DNA of 64,000 nt from a bacterium (lineage in GTDB: Bacteria > Patescibacteriota > Minisyncoccia > JAUYLV01). This document shows positions 46,668 to 55,925 of this stretch, piece by piece; position 1 is the first letter of the stretch, and each line of letters starts with the position of its first letter. The notes below the pieces were generated by a model. It was not told the DNA's origin and did not search any database. It saw only the letters and a list, made by a program, of their open reading frames with translations. Made by a program: the position numbers and the translations under genes. The stretch is from the NCBI GenBank assembly GCA_030649025.1, contig JAUSGO010000031.1:9745-73744 (forward strand). Reading direction: 5' to 3'.

Positions 46668-47228
46668 TTAGAATTTCACTTTCACCGGCTCTTTGGCTGC
46701 GGGATTATCAAGATCAAAAAATTCTTTTTTGGCAAACCCAAACCATCCGGCGACGATATTCGAAGGAAAGGATTCCACTTTGGTGTTCAGCTCCATGACC
46801 ACGGAGTTAAAAAATCTCCGCGCGGCCTGGATCTTATCCTCCGTATCGGTCAGTTCGCGCTGCAACTCCAAAAAATTCTGATTGGCTTTCAGGTCCGGAT
46901 AATTTTCGGAGACCGCAAAGAGGGTCTTTAGGGCTCCGGAGAGCATGTTCTCGGCCTGCAAGTGCTCTTTGTTTTGCGTACCGCCGCTCTGCATCGCCCG
47001 CGTCCGCGCTTCCGTCACTTTCTCAAAAACCCCCTTTTCGTGACCGGCGTATCCCTTCACCGTCTCCAATAAATTCGGGATAAGATCGTACCGGCGTTTT
47101 TGCTGTACTTCGATGTCGGACTCGGCTTCCTGTGTTCGCTGGCGCAAGCGAATAAAGCCGTTATACATGGCAATAAACCAAAGTAGGAGAACAACGATAA
47201 GCGCAATGAGTATGTACCAGATATTCAT
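46668..47228 (-). CDS. LemA-family protein.
   Basis: N-terminal TM segment followed by the LemA domain. Confidence 0.85.
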   Translation of the reverse strand: MNIWYILIALIVVLLLWFIAMYNGFIRLRQRTQEAESDIEVQQKRRYDLIPNLLETVKGYAGHEKGVFEKVTEARTRAMQSGGTQNKEHLQAENMLSGALKTLFAVSENYPDLKANQNFLELQRELTDTEDKIQAARRFFNSVVMELNTKVESFPSNIVAGWFGFAKKEFFDLDNPAAKEPVKVKF

Positions 47229-47365
47229 ATATTTTTAACTATGTTAATGCTGTAAAATACCCCAACATCAGTATACCAAATGGAAGAAAGTCTAGCAAAA
47301 AAGCCTCAACAGAGGCGCACCTTGAGACTCCGGGCTAGATTTAAATGCTCTCCGGCTTTACCGCC

Positions 47366-47896
47366 CTATGGAACTTGCCCGGTGCTTCCTGCTTTTTGGT
47401 GATATAAAATAATGTCCTTGACGCGTTCAGGGTGCGGAATGGTTTTGAAGGTAAAGGCGGGGCCTTCGCCGGCGGTTCCCACGACCAGGTCTCCGAATTT
47501 CAATGTCGTAGCCAGGGCTCCTTTAATTTCTACCCGCACATCCTGTACGCGCGAAATGAGAAATTCCGATATTTCACGGTGAAAAATATCATGCTGATCG
47601 ATCTTCACGATCCGTTCCGTGGTGATAATGGCAACATCGAACCAGTATTTAGACCATGAAAGAAAGGTAAAGGCCCAGACGGCATACAGCCAAAGCGCAG
47701 CCAGAAGCCACAGGATGTCTTGCGCCGCTCCTTCTAAAATCTGCGGAATTGATATGTTCAGAAGCAGCAAGGCTAGCGGCACGGCAAGCACCAGGATAAA
47801 CGAAGTTCCTGCCGACCCCAAAAACACAATCCAGTGCGGCCGGGTTACCGCAATGATCGTTTCCTTTTCGTGTTGGCCGAGAAAATGCTTGAACAA
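47366..47896 (-). CDS. Bacterial PH-domain (YdbT/DUF304-like) membrane protein.
   Basis: Two TM segments followed by a bPH domain. Confidence 0.5.
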   Translation of the reverse strand: MFKHFLGQHEKETIIAVTRPHWIVFLGSAGTSFILVLAVPLALLLLNISIPQILEGAAQDILWLLAALWLYAVWAFTFLSWSKYWFDVAIITTERIVKIDQHDIFHREISEFLISRVQDVRVEIKGALATTLKFGDLVVGTAGEGPAFTFKTIPHPERVKDIILYHQKAGSTGQVP

Positions 47897-47906
47897 ATAA
47901 AATATT

Positions 47907-48158
47907 TTAACGGAAAATATTGTTCAGTTGGACCGTAAGATCATCCGCGATGCTTGAGGCGGCATCGTTCCATGAAACGCGCAGAAAGAGCAGTATAATG
48001 ACGGCCACGAACACCGCATTGCCGCCGGTGAAAACGGCGATCATGCTGTGATGCACGCGATCATCTTCCACGATATATTTTTTTAAATACCAAAGAATAA
48101 CCGCATTCCACGAGAGAATCGCAAGAAATGCGACAAGAAAAAAAACGACAATAATCAT
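47907..48158 (-). CDS. Small two-TM membrane protein.
   Basis: Overlaps the exonuclease gene by 4 nt. Confidence 0.3.
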   Translation of the reverse strand: MIIVVFFLVAFLAILSWNAVILWYLKKYIVEDDRVHHSMIAVFTGGNAVFVAVIILLFLRVSWNDAASSIADDLTVQLNNIFR

Positions 48159-48727
48159 AGTTGCAGTCTTAGTGGCGCTTCATGCGCCGGGGTCTTCTTC
48201 CAGGAAACCGACGCCTCGCGGGCCTCGCCAAAACGATCTTCAAATAAAAGCTTTCCGTGCCGAGCCCCATATTCATACACCATGCGGGTAAGCTTCACGT
48301 CCTGCAGACAATACTCCGCAAGCTCTTTCAACTTTCCTTCTTTATAAAGCCGCAATGCTTTGAGGCCGTCTCCGGTCTTTCGTTCTCCCAGGGTTTTGGA
48401 AGCGATGCTGTCCAAACTTACGCGGTGACCAAGATTTTTTGCGACTTCTTCAAGAATATCCAGCGTCGGCAAAGCTTTGAGATTGATAGAGACGTGGGGC
48501 TGAAGCACCGCGTAATCAAAATTCTTTATGTTAAACCCGATGACGCGGTCTGCTCGCCGGAGCATTTCTTCAAGATCCTTAAGCTCATTTTCGAGAAATG
48601 ACCTGTAGGCATCTTTTGCATAATCGTAGATACCCACCAAAGAGACTTCAAGCAAGTGAAAGTTGGTTCTTCCTCCCACGTCATCAAATGATTTTTTTGT
48701 CTCAAGATCCAGAACAAGTTCGGCCAT
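48155..48727 (-). CDS. DEDD-type 3'-5' exonuclease (RNase H-like fold).
   Basis: LDLET, FNIKNFD and YCLQDV motifs. Confidence 0.5.
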   Translation of the reverse strand: MAELVLDLETKKSFDDVGGRTNFHLLEVSLVGIYDYAKDAYRSFLENELKDLEEMLRRADRVIGFNIKNFDYAVLQPHVSINLKALPTLDILEEVAKNLGHRVSLDSIASKTLGERKTGDGLKALRLYKEGKLKELAEYCLQDVKLTRMVYEYGARHGKLLFEDRFGEAREASVSWKKTPAHEAPLRLQL

Positions 48728-48788
48728 GCCAATGTGATCTAAATTTTAAGCCGAGCTCGATGCGAGGCGTGAAAATTTAGCCATCACA

Positions 48789-49105
48789 TTGAGCACCCCG
48801 CCCTCTAAGCGTTTAGAGGATGATTCTTTTTCTGAGAGCTCGCCACGCACTCCCATAGTGCTTCAGTTTTCTTTCGCGCTCTCGGGCCACTTTCTCTGCC
48901 TGATAGGCTTCATAGTATATGAGTTCGCAGGGCCACTCTTTCTGATGCTCCGCAAGACGCCTGGGCAAATTGTTTGTATACCCAATGTACCACTCACCCT
49001 TTTTGCGATGTAGCACGTACGTGTAGTGCATAGAGGGCGGGGTAAAGAGCTTGTTGCTGAAATTCGTTCGCGACAAGGCGCTCCGAATTTCAGACAAGCT
49101 TATAC
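48789..49105 (-). mobile_element. GIY-YIG mini-element, copy A: IR-L, GIY-YIG ORF, IR-R, then a 17-bp conserved covarying hairpin.
   Basis: IR CACCCCGCCCTCT (48794-48806) pairs with AGAGGGCGGGG (49032-49042). Hairpin AGCTTGTCTGAAATTCG...CGAATTTCAGCAACAAGCT on the minus strand. Confidence 0.6.
48813..49031 (-). CDS. GIY-YIG nuclease family protein (YhbQ/UPF0213-like), 72 aa.
   Basis: MHYTYVLHRKKGEWYIGYTNNLPRRLAEH... is a GIY-YIG core. Paralog of the gene at 54412-54672. Confidence 0.75.
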   Translation of the reverse strand: MHYTYVLHRKKGEWYIGYTNNLPRRLAEHQKEWPCELIYYEAYQAEKVARERERKLKHYGSAWRALRKRIIL

Positions 49106-49600
49106 GTGCTTATCCGCAACCGAGGAGGCTGCATAGGATTCCGGCTTGATCTTGACCGCAAAGCCGTTGCCTAAAATCATGCCTACGACTTCTTTGATCA
49201 TGTCTCGCGTAGCGCCGAACTGGCCAATATCCACATGCACTTCAAGCTGGCAGACGCCGCTTGTGAGATACCCGTTCAATGATTCTCCAACGCCCTGGGT
49301 AAGTTCTTGAGCCAAAGCCAGCGAAAGCGATGCTTCGTGATAGATGCGCTGCCGAAGCGAGGGCATACGATTCTGGCGCGTTCTTATCCAAAAATATCTG
49401 GCGCGCGCGCCAATGCGATGTACCACGATGACGCTTACAAAATCCGTCTCCTCGCGCGCTTCGGAGGAATCCGTTCCCACAATAAGTTTGTAGGCACGGG
49501 ACGGTTCTTCCTCAATAAACTCCGACACCTCTCTAATAACGCCCGGAAACGCCAGCTCTCCTTTGGTGGGACTTGTGAACACTGAAAGATCGGAAAACAT
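49100..49600 (-). CDS. DUF458/YkuK-like RNase H-fold protein.
   Basis: Weak family resemblance. The stop codon is embedded in the hairpin of the GIY-YIG element. Confidence 0.4.
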   Translation of the reverse strand: MFSDLSVFTSPTKGELAFPGVIREVSEFIEEEPSRAYKLIVGTDSSEAREETDFVSVIVVHRIGARARYFWIRTRQNRMPSLRQRIYHEASLSLALAQELTQGVGESLNGYLTSGVCQLEVHVDIGQFGATRDMIKEVVGMILGNGFAVKIKPESYAASSVADKHV

Positions 49601-49643
49601 GGCATTAGTATAGTGGAATGGGGATGATTAGACAAGATGGTCT

Positions 49644-50426
49644 TTAGGTGCGCCGGCGCGTAAAAAGCGACAAGATAAAAATCGCGACAAGCGTAATAAC
49701 CACCGCGGGGCCCGGTAGAACCTCAAAACGTTCCGCAAAGACAAGTCCTCCGATCATGGAGAGCACCGAGACGGTGGAAGCGCCAAGGAACATGATGCGC
49801 AGATTTGGCGTGAAATTTTTTGCGATCGCCGCAGGGAGCACGAGCACCGCCCCCATCAGCAGTACCCCCATAAATTGAATGCCCAGAGCTACCGCAATGG
49901 CAATGATAAGAAAAAACAGCAAGCGCGTACGCTCAAGCGCAATGCCACTCGCGTGCGCCAGCTCCGCAGAGAGCGTAAGGAGCGCAAACTTCCGCGCCAA
50001 AAGCCATGTTGCAATCGTGACGAGTATGCCTCCGCAAAGGGATAATAGAGCGGATGAGCGCGTGAGCTTCGTGATATCTCCAAAAAGGGATTCGAGAAGA
50101 TGCTCTTCCGGAATGAGCAAGAGCCCTACTGCCAGCGCAACCATGAAAATAACACCCAGCGCGGTTTCCGGAGCTATGTTGTGGCGGGTTTCGAGCCTGA
50201 CAATAAGCAGAACCCCGAGTATAAGCATGAGGAGCCCGCCGAGCGAAGGGGAAACGCCGAACAGAAGCCCCAGCGCAATGCCCGGGAGGGCCACATGCGA
50301 AAATGCGTCCGCCACAAGCGCCATGCGCCGCAAAATCATAAAAACACCAAGAAACGAGGCGCCCACGGCGACCGAAATCGCGGCGGCAAGAACCAATGGT
50401 GAGGTTGGAGGAAGAAATTCTGGCAC
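49644..50426 (-). CDS. Metal (Zn/Mn) ABC transporter permease, ABC-3 family.
   Basis: Eight TM segments typical of ZnuB/MntB. Confidence 0.85.
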   Translation of the reverse strand: MPEFLPPTSPLVLAAAISVAVGASFLGVFMILRRMALVADAFSHVALPGIALGLLFGVSPSLGGLLMLILGVLLIVRLETRHNIAPETALGVIFMVALAVGLLLIPEEHLLESLFGDITKLTRSSALLSLCGGILVTIATWLLARKFALLTLSAELAHASGIALERTRLLFFLIIAIAVALGIQFMGVLLMGAVLVLPAAIAKNFTPNLRIMFLGASTVSVLSMIGGLVFAERFEVLPGPAVVITLVAIFILSLFTRRRT

Positions 50427-50511
50427 GCATAAAGCTTATAGCTGATAGCTTATAGCTTATAGAGATTTTGATGGCACCTATAAGCTATAACCTAAAAACT
50501 AAAAGCTGTGC
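50427..50511. repeat. AGCT-rich palindromic intercistronic repeat.
   Basis: aagcttatagctgatagcttatagcttatag...ctataagctataacc, with inverted arms. Confidence 0.5.
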
Positions 50512-51219
50512 TTAGTGTTTATGCTCATACAGCTGTATGTTTTGTCCGTACAGGCGCTTCAACTGGTCTTCGGTAAGCACGTCTTTTGGAGCTCCGGAAC
50601 ACAGGAGATTCCGGTTAAGGCACAGCACGTGATCCACAAACGTATAAAGAATATTGATATCATGTGAAATAAAAAATACCGACAGGTGGTATTCCTGGGC
50701 AAGATGTTTTACGAGATTATAGATGGTCGCTTCGCCGGCAAGATCAATGCCGCTGGTCGGCTCGTCAAAAAGCAGAACCTCCGGTTTTCCCATGAGCGCA
50801 TAAGCGATAAGGAGGCGCTGAAGTTCACCTCCGGACATCTCGCCGATGCTCCGGTTTTCCAGATGCCCAGCCTGCACATGTGCGAGCATGTCTTTGATGT
50901 CCCGAGAAAGTTCCTCCGACGGAAACCAAAAACCCTTCGAACCGCGCAATAAAAGAAGCTCTTTTCCCGTTAAGGGAAGCGATTTGTCGAAATCCAGTCT
51001 TTGGGGCACATAACCGATGCGCGCCTTTTTGTGCCATATGATCTCTCCTCTGTATGGGATGAGCCCGAGTATCGCGCGAAAAAGCGTCGTCTTGCCGGCG
51101 CCATTCGGACCGATGATGCCGAACACCTCTCCCTCCTCAACCGAAAAAGAGATATTCTCCAAAACCGTTTCTTTGCCGAATCGGACGGAGAGATTTTTTA
51201 CTTCAAGAATGATGGACAT
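50512..51219 (-). CDS. Metal ABC transporter ATP-binding protein (ZnuC-like).
   Basis: Walker A GPNGAGKTT, the LSGGE signature, and Walker B. Confidence 0.9.
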   Translation of the reverse strand: MSIILEVKNLSVRFGKETVLENISFSVEEGEVFGIIGPNGAGKTTLFRAILGLIPYRGEIIWHKKARIGYVPQRLDFDKSLPLTGKELLLLRGSKGFWFPSEELSRDIKDMLAHVQAGHLENRSIGEMSGGELQRLLIAYALMGKPEVLLFDEPTSGIDLAGEATIYNLVKHLAQEYHLSVFFISHDINILYTFVDHVLCLNRNLLCSGAPKDVLTEDQLKRLYGQNIQLYEHKH

Positions 51220-51237
51220 GTCTGGAGTATACCATTA

Positions 51238-51345
51238 CTCATGCAAAAATTAAAATTCAAAAATCAAAGTTAAGGAGTGAAAGTTTTTCTTGTAAAAAAA
51301 CTCTCACGATATTCAAAAATTTTGCATTTTGAGTTTTGCATTTTG
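51238..51345. repeat. Family-1 palindromic element in inverted orientation.
   Basis: Hairpin GTGAAAGTTTTTCTTGTAAAAAAACTCTCAC flanked by caaaa and ttttg repeats. Confidence 0.6.
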
Positions 51346-51348
51346 AAT

Positions 51349-52626
51349 TTACCCTGGGAGACTGTTCGTACGAGCAATCTCTGCGTACACATCCGCCGAT
51401 GGCCGTTTTTTGCGCTCAAGGGTTTTACGGTCCACTTCAAAAAGCCCGAACCTCGGCCAAAATCCCTTGTCCCATTCGAAATTATCCAGAAGCGACCAGT
51501 AAAAATATCCCCGTACATCCACGCCTTCTTGAATGGCTTTGTGCACCCACTCCAGATGCTCTCTAATGAACCGTGCGCGCTTTTTATCTCCGGCATCGGC
51601 AATACCATTCTCGGTAATATAGACGGGCTTATGAGGGGCGCTAAGCTTTTTAAGAAGATGATATATGCCTTCGGGATAAATTTCCCATCCCATGTCCGAA
51701 ACAGCACGATTCTCATTGCGCACCGAGAAAGGAAATTTTACCCTTGAATGAAAATAGTAGTGGAGATCTAGAAAATCATGCGTATCCCCCGTAAGGCCAA
51801 AAAAATAGTCGTTTGACCAAAATCCAAAAAACCGCGCCGCCGCACGGTCAAGAAGCGAGGTGCTGTGCGGCTCCGTATATATAAGTATATTCCCAAAACC
51901 AACGCGAACGGACGGAAAAAGCCCATGCAGTATATTATAGGCTTCCCGGTGCGCGCGTGCGAGATTTTTTGCGGCACGATACGCCGCCACAACACTACGC
52001 TTTTGCGGCGGCCAAACCCCCCTAAGGTAGCCGTTCAAAAGTACGGATGTCGGCTCGTTCAATGTTATCCAGAATTGAACAAGATCTCCCAGAGATCCTC
52101 CAACCTTCTTTGCATATCGGGCGAAGTATTCCGGAAACCTATCATCCTCAACGCCGCCACGCCGGGAAATCCATACGGGCAGAGTCCAGTGCCACAAGGT
52201 GGTAAGTGGCTCCAGTCCGCGCTGGCGAAGCGCCCTTAATACCTTTCGATAATGTTCTATCTCTTTTTCGTCAAACACGCCCTCGCTCGGCTCAATGCGA
52301 GACCATTCGATAGAAAAGCGATGCGCGTTATGGCCCAGGGATTTAGCCAAGTCAAAATCCTCGGCATACCGCTCATAGTGACCGCAGGATGAACCGGACA
52401 CATAATTCTCGGCAGAAAACGCCTCCGGGGGAAGAGAAATCGCCGGGAGTCCGGAGGCGAGCCCCGCTTCCCGCACCGCACGCTTTTCGGCCTCGCGAGC
52501 AAGACGTCCGCCGTTCTTTTTCTCCCATTCCGTCCAATCGTTATGCATGCCACCCTCCACCTGATGAGCGCTGGTTGTGGCACCCCATAAGAAATTTTTT
52601 GGAAATTCTTTCGGAAACATGTACAC
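51349..52626 (-). CDS. GH1 beta-glucosidase.
   Basis: NEP and ITENG catalytic glutamate motifs. Confidence 0.9.
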   Translation of the reverse strand: MYMFPKEFPKNFLWGATTSAHQVEGGMHNDWTEWEKKNGGRLAREAEKRAVREAGLASGLPAISLPPEAFSAENYVSGSSCGHYERYAEDFDLAKSLGHNAHRFSIEWSRIEPSEGVFDEKEIEHYRKVLRALRQRGLEPLTTLWHWTLPVWISRRGGVEDDRFPEYFARYAKKVGGSLGDLVQFWITLNEPTSVLLNGYLRGVWPPQKRSVVAAYRAAKNLARAHREAYNILHGLFPSVRVGFGNILIYTEPHSTSLLDRAAARFFGFWSNDYFFGLTGDTHDFLDLHYYFHSRVKFPFSVRNENRAVSDMGWEIYPEGIYHLLKKLSAPHKPVYITENGIADAGDKKRARFIREHLEWVHKAIQEGVDVRGYFYWSLLDNFEWDKGFWPRFGLFEVDRKTLERKKRPSADVYAEIARTNSLPG

Positions 52627-52647
52627 AAGTATAGCATCCTATCTGCA

Positions 52648-52771
52648 AATCCGCATCACCCCGTTAGAAGTCGCAAACGCTCTTGCCCCGCTAGAGATAA
52701 TCCCGCCTTTGGCGGATGCCGGTTCCCCCGGAATCGGATCTCTAACGGGGTGAATCAGCGTCCTACTTCTA
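52648..52771. repeat. Nested inverted-repeat element with CCCCGTTAGAG-type termini (family 3).
   Basis: Outer IR caccccgttagaagt / acttctaacggggt. Inner IR ccccgctagagat / atctctaacgggg. Confidence 0.55.
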
Positions 52772-52826
52772 ACGGGGTCATACAAAAATGCCCCTTGCAG
52801 CATTGCAAGGGGCATTTTTCTCTAAA

Positions 52827-53429
52827 TCAAGAACGGATGCAATAGATCGTATCATTGGCAGCGCTTCCGCAATCGCGCGTCGGACAAGAATAGGTTGACG
52901 GCGCGCTGAACGTGCAGGTGACGGATGAAGCTCCCCCTATCCATCCTCCCCCGCCCTGCGAGCCGATGTTTCCGTCCTCGTCATTTACAAACCCCGCTTT
53001 CATGCTTGACGGCAATTCGAAAAATGACGTACGCAACAGCCATTGCTTGGGTTGAAGAGGCAATTCGGTATAGTATTCGTAACGCGAAGAGGCGGAACAG
53101 GATGCTCCCGCATCCTGCGGATCGCGAGGAAGCTGGGCAAGATAGCCGGAAAGTTGAGCCGCAAGGCCGCAGTATCCTTGAGGATCGGAATTCGGATAAC
53201 GCTTCTTGTCCTTGAAATATTGCTCAAGGGAAATGCGCACCTGATTAAGGTCGGCGAGCCTTCGTGCGTCTCTGGCCCTTTGGCGCGCCGAGAATATTGC
53301 TACCGTAACGATAGAAAGCAGAAGCGCCATAATGCCAACTACCACGAGCATTTCGACGAGCGTAAACCCCCTCACTAATCGGGGATTGGCGCAAAGTTTT
53401 TTGATGACATTAATTCTTCCCTTCATCAT
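52827..53429 (-). CDS. Type IV pilin / pseudopilin.
   Basis: Prepilin cleavage and methylation motif GFTLVEMLVV. Confidence 0.8.
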   Translation of the reverse strand: MMKGRINVIKKLCANPRLVRGFTLVEMLVVVGIMALLLSIVTVAIFSARQRARDARRLADLNQVRISLEQYFKDKKRYPNSDPQGYCGLAAQLSGYLAQLPRDPQDAGASCSASSRYEYYTELPLQPKQWLLRTSFFELPSSMKAGFVNDEDGNIGSQGGGGWIGGASSVTCTFSAPSTYSCPTRDCGSAANDTIYCIRS

Positions 53430-53620
53430 ATTTTAGCGAGTTTCGGAAAATTTGTGAGATCTAGCGCCGAAGGCACAATCCCCGATTAGTGTGGGGGTGA
53501 ATCCTTTTTTGATCTGCTGTATGCGCAACATCATAACATTACCGACCCCATCTCTTCTTTTAAAATTTCAAGAGTGGGGTCGGAATGAACGAAACAAGAA
53601 TTTTTGGTTCTTTCTGGGAC

Positions 53621-54196
53621 CTAGGCACCTACGCAATAGGCAATGCCGTTGGCTCCGCCGGAATCCGTACAATCGTAACCATTGTTCGCCGCGTACCCGC
53701 CGGTTGCACTGTCATTGTCGTTGCCCAAAGATGCATTTGTGCTTTCTTCGATCGTTGCGGTCAGAATATAGTGAAGACATGTGTCCGCTGCTGCATCGCA
53801 ATTTAGCGGAGATGCCGCACTATCGCCTGGAATATAGCCATAGATATACGTTGCGCCTCCTGTTGGATCGCTCGGCAGTCCGCCTATATACGTGGGAACG
53901 AGAGCTCCGATGCCTGTCGATGCGGTTCCTATGAAAGCAGTATTTGCCTGTGCCTTTGTGTACAAAGCTCCTGATGCTTGCGCAAAGTATGGATACTCTT
54001 GACTGGCATCAAAATATAATTCCAGCGCAAGCTGTATCTGGCGAAGGTCGCCCACACGACGCGAGTCGCGGGCTTTGCGGCGCGCCGAGGACAGCGACAC
54101 CAGCACGATAGATGCGAGTAATCCGATAATAGCGATAACCACGAGGAGCTCAATAAGAGTGAACCCATGCATGGCTTTTCTGAATTTTTGTATCAT
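53621..54196 (-). CDS. Type IV pilin.
   Basis: GFTLIELLVVIAIIGLLASIV N-terminus. Confidence 0.8.
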   Translation of the reverse strand: MIQKFRKAMHGFTLIELLVVIAIIGLLASIVLVSLSSARRKARDSRRVGDLRQIQLALELYFDASQEYPYFAQASGALYTKAQANTAFIGTASTGIGALVPTYIGGLPSDPTGGATYIYGYIPGDSAASPLNCDAAADTCLHYILTATIEESTNASLGNDNDSATGGYAANNGYDCTDSGGANGIAYCVGA

Positions 54197-54394
54197 AGCG
54201 GCTTATTAACAAGTTAACGAATTTTTGGTTAACCGGTTAAAAAGAAATTAAAGCTAAATGTTAATATAATATAACAAAACTGACATTGCTCCGGAAGGCG
54301 TTAAGAGTAAATATTCGACCTTTTACCCTAAAGTCAGCCGAAACAGCATGTTTACATTATCTCACGTTTTTTTCTTAAGGAAAAGCGCGATTAT

Positions 54395-54711
54395 CCACAC
54401 CCCTACACCTTTTAAGCCCGGACGATGCTGCTTCGTATACGGCGTTTGAGCTGGCCCCAGGCTTTCCCATTGCGCTTCATCTGCTTCTCTCTTCGGGCAG
54501 CATCGTCCTGATCACCATATGCTTCGTAATATGCCAAAGTGAATGGTCTGCGAGGTTTTGTTGATTGCACAAGCCCGCGCTGATGTTCTGCAAATCTTTT
54601 CCGCAAATCACCGGTGAAGCCTAGATAGAGTTTATGATCGTGTTTACTTTTCAGAATATAGAAATAGTGCATGATTTGCAGAACATAGGCTTGAAAGGTG
54701 TGGGGGCACAG
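54395..54711 (-). mobile_element. GIY-YIG mini-element, copy 2: the ORF is bracketed by the 13-bp IR CACCCCTACACCTTT / AAAGGTGTGGGGG.
   Basis: The IR arms lie at 54397-54411 and 54695-54707 and flank the ORF. Same architecture as copy A but with different IR sequence. Confidence 0.5.
54412..54672 (-). CDS. GIY-YIG nuclease family protein, 86 aa.
   Basis: MHYFYILKSKHDHKLYLGFTGDLRKRFAEH... Paralog of the gene at 48813-49031. Confidence 0.75.
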   Translation of the reverse strand: MHYFYILKSKHDHKLYLGFTGDLRKRFAEHQRGLVQSTKPRRPFTLAYYEAYGDQDDAARREKQMKRNGKAWGQLKRRIRSSIVRA

Positions 54712-54716
54712 CCTAT

Positions 54717-55925
54717 CTAGCCGGCCGTTGAGACGCTGTTATAGATGGGGAGCAAAATGGACAAAACGAGCACCAAAACCCCGCCGCCCAGAACCAAGAT
54801 GACCAGCGGCTCGATGAGGGTAGTGAGATTCTCCGTCATGCTGTCAACTTCACGCGCGTAGAACCGCGAAAGGCTCGCCAGAATACTATCGAGCTTCCCC
54901 GACCGCTCTCCCACGGAGATCATCTGCGAAACCATAAGCGGCATGTGCGGCGACTTCTGGAACACCGAACTTATCGTATTGCCCGCTTTCACTTCCTCCA
55001 TGCTCTTTTTTATCAGCGCGACGTATACCTCGTTACCGACCACGCGGGAGGTGACGTCGAGCGCCTTGATAATGGGAAGCCCGCCTTTGATGAGCGTGGA
55101 GAGATTTTCTGAAATTCTCGAGATATAAAGTTTGGTGAACATGTCCCCCAAAACCGGAAATTTAAGAAGAAGCCTGTCCGTGATGGCTTTACCTTGCGGC
55201 GTTTGCACCACCCAGCGTCCTGCAAAAAATAGCGCTCCCGCGATAAGCGGAAGCGTGAACCACCAATGCTGAAAGAAGGAACTTGCGGCAATGAGTATTT
55301 TTGTGGGAAGGGGCAGCTCCGTTCCGAGCTCCGTCAGTACGGAGGTGAGCTTTGGGATAACGAAGATCATGAGGAAAATGGTTATCAGGATGAAAACAAT
55401 GATAATCACCGCAGGATACATGAGCGCCCCGCGGACCTTCTGCATGAGCGCATATTCCTTCTCTTCGTGATTGGCGAGATAATCAAGGGATTCCTGCAGT
55501 CTTCCCGACACTTCTCCGGATTCCACCATGCTCACATAATACTTGGAGAAGATCTTCGGATACTTGGCAAGCGTCTGGGAGAAAGCAGTTCCGGCATCCA
55601 CTTCTTCGGCCATCGCGCCCAGCACGCTTCGGAAGTATTCATTATCCGTCTGCACCCCGAGCGTCCGCAGACTTTCCACCAAGGGAACGGTTGCTTCAAA
55701 AAGCGTGGCAAGCTGCCGCGAAAAGATAACGATATCCTTGTTTTTGACACTCTGAAAAAGCTTCGAGAGCGAACTCAAGAATTTGGAGTGCTGTACCTGC
55801 TCCAGGGAGACAACTACCAGATTATTGCGATGAAGCAGGTCTAGCGCGGCATCCTGCGTTGCGGCTTCAACCATGCCGTTTTGCGTCTCTCCGTTTTTTG
55901 TTCTGGCGGTATAACTGAACTGCAT
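54717..55925 (-). CDS. pilC: Type IV pilus assembly platform protein PilC (GspF family).
   Basis: Two GspF repeats and three TM segments. Confidence 0.9.
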   Translation of the reverse strand: MQFSYTARTKNGETQNGMVEAATQDAALDLLHRNNLVVVSLEQVQHSKFLSSLSKLFQSVKNKDIVIFSRQLATLFEATVPLVESLRTLGVQTDNEYFRSVLGAMAEEVDAGTAFSQTLAKYPKIFSKYYVSMVESGEVSGRLQESLDYLANHEEKEYALMQKVRGALMYPAVIIIVFILITIFLMIFVIPKLTSVLTELGTELPLPTKILIAASSFFQHWWFTLPLIAGALFFAGRWVVQTPQGKAITDRLLLKFPVLGDMFTKLYISRISENLSTLIKGGLPIIKALDVTSRVVGNEVYVALIKKSMEEVKAGNTISSVFQKSPHMPLMVSQMISVGERSGKLDSILASLSRFYAREVDSMTENLTTLIEPLVILVLGGGVLVLVLSILLPIYNSVSTAG

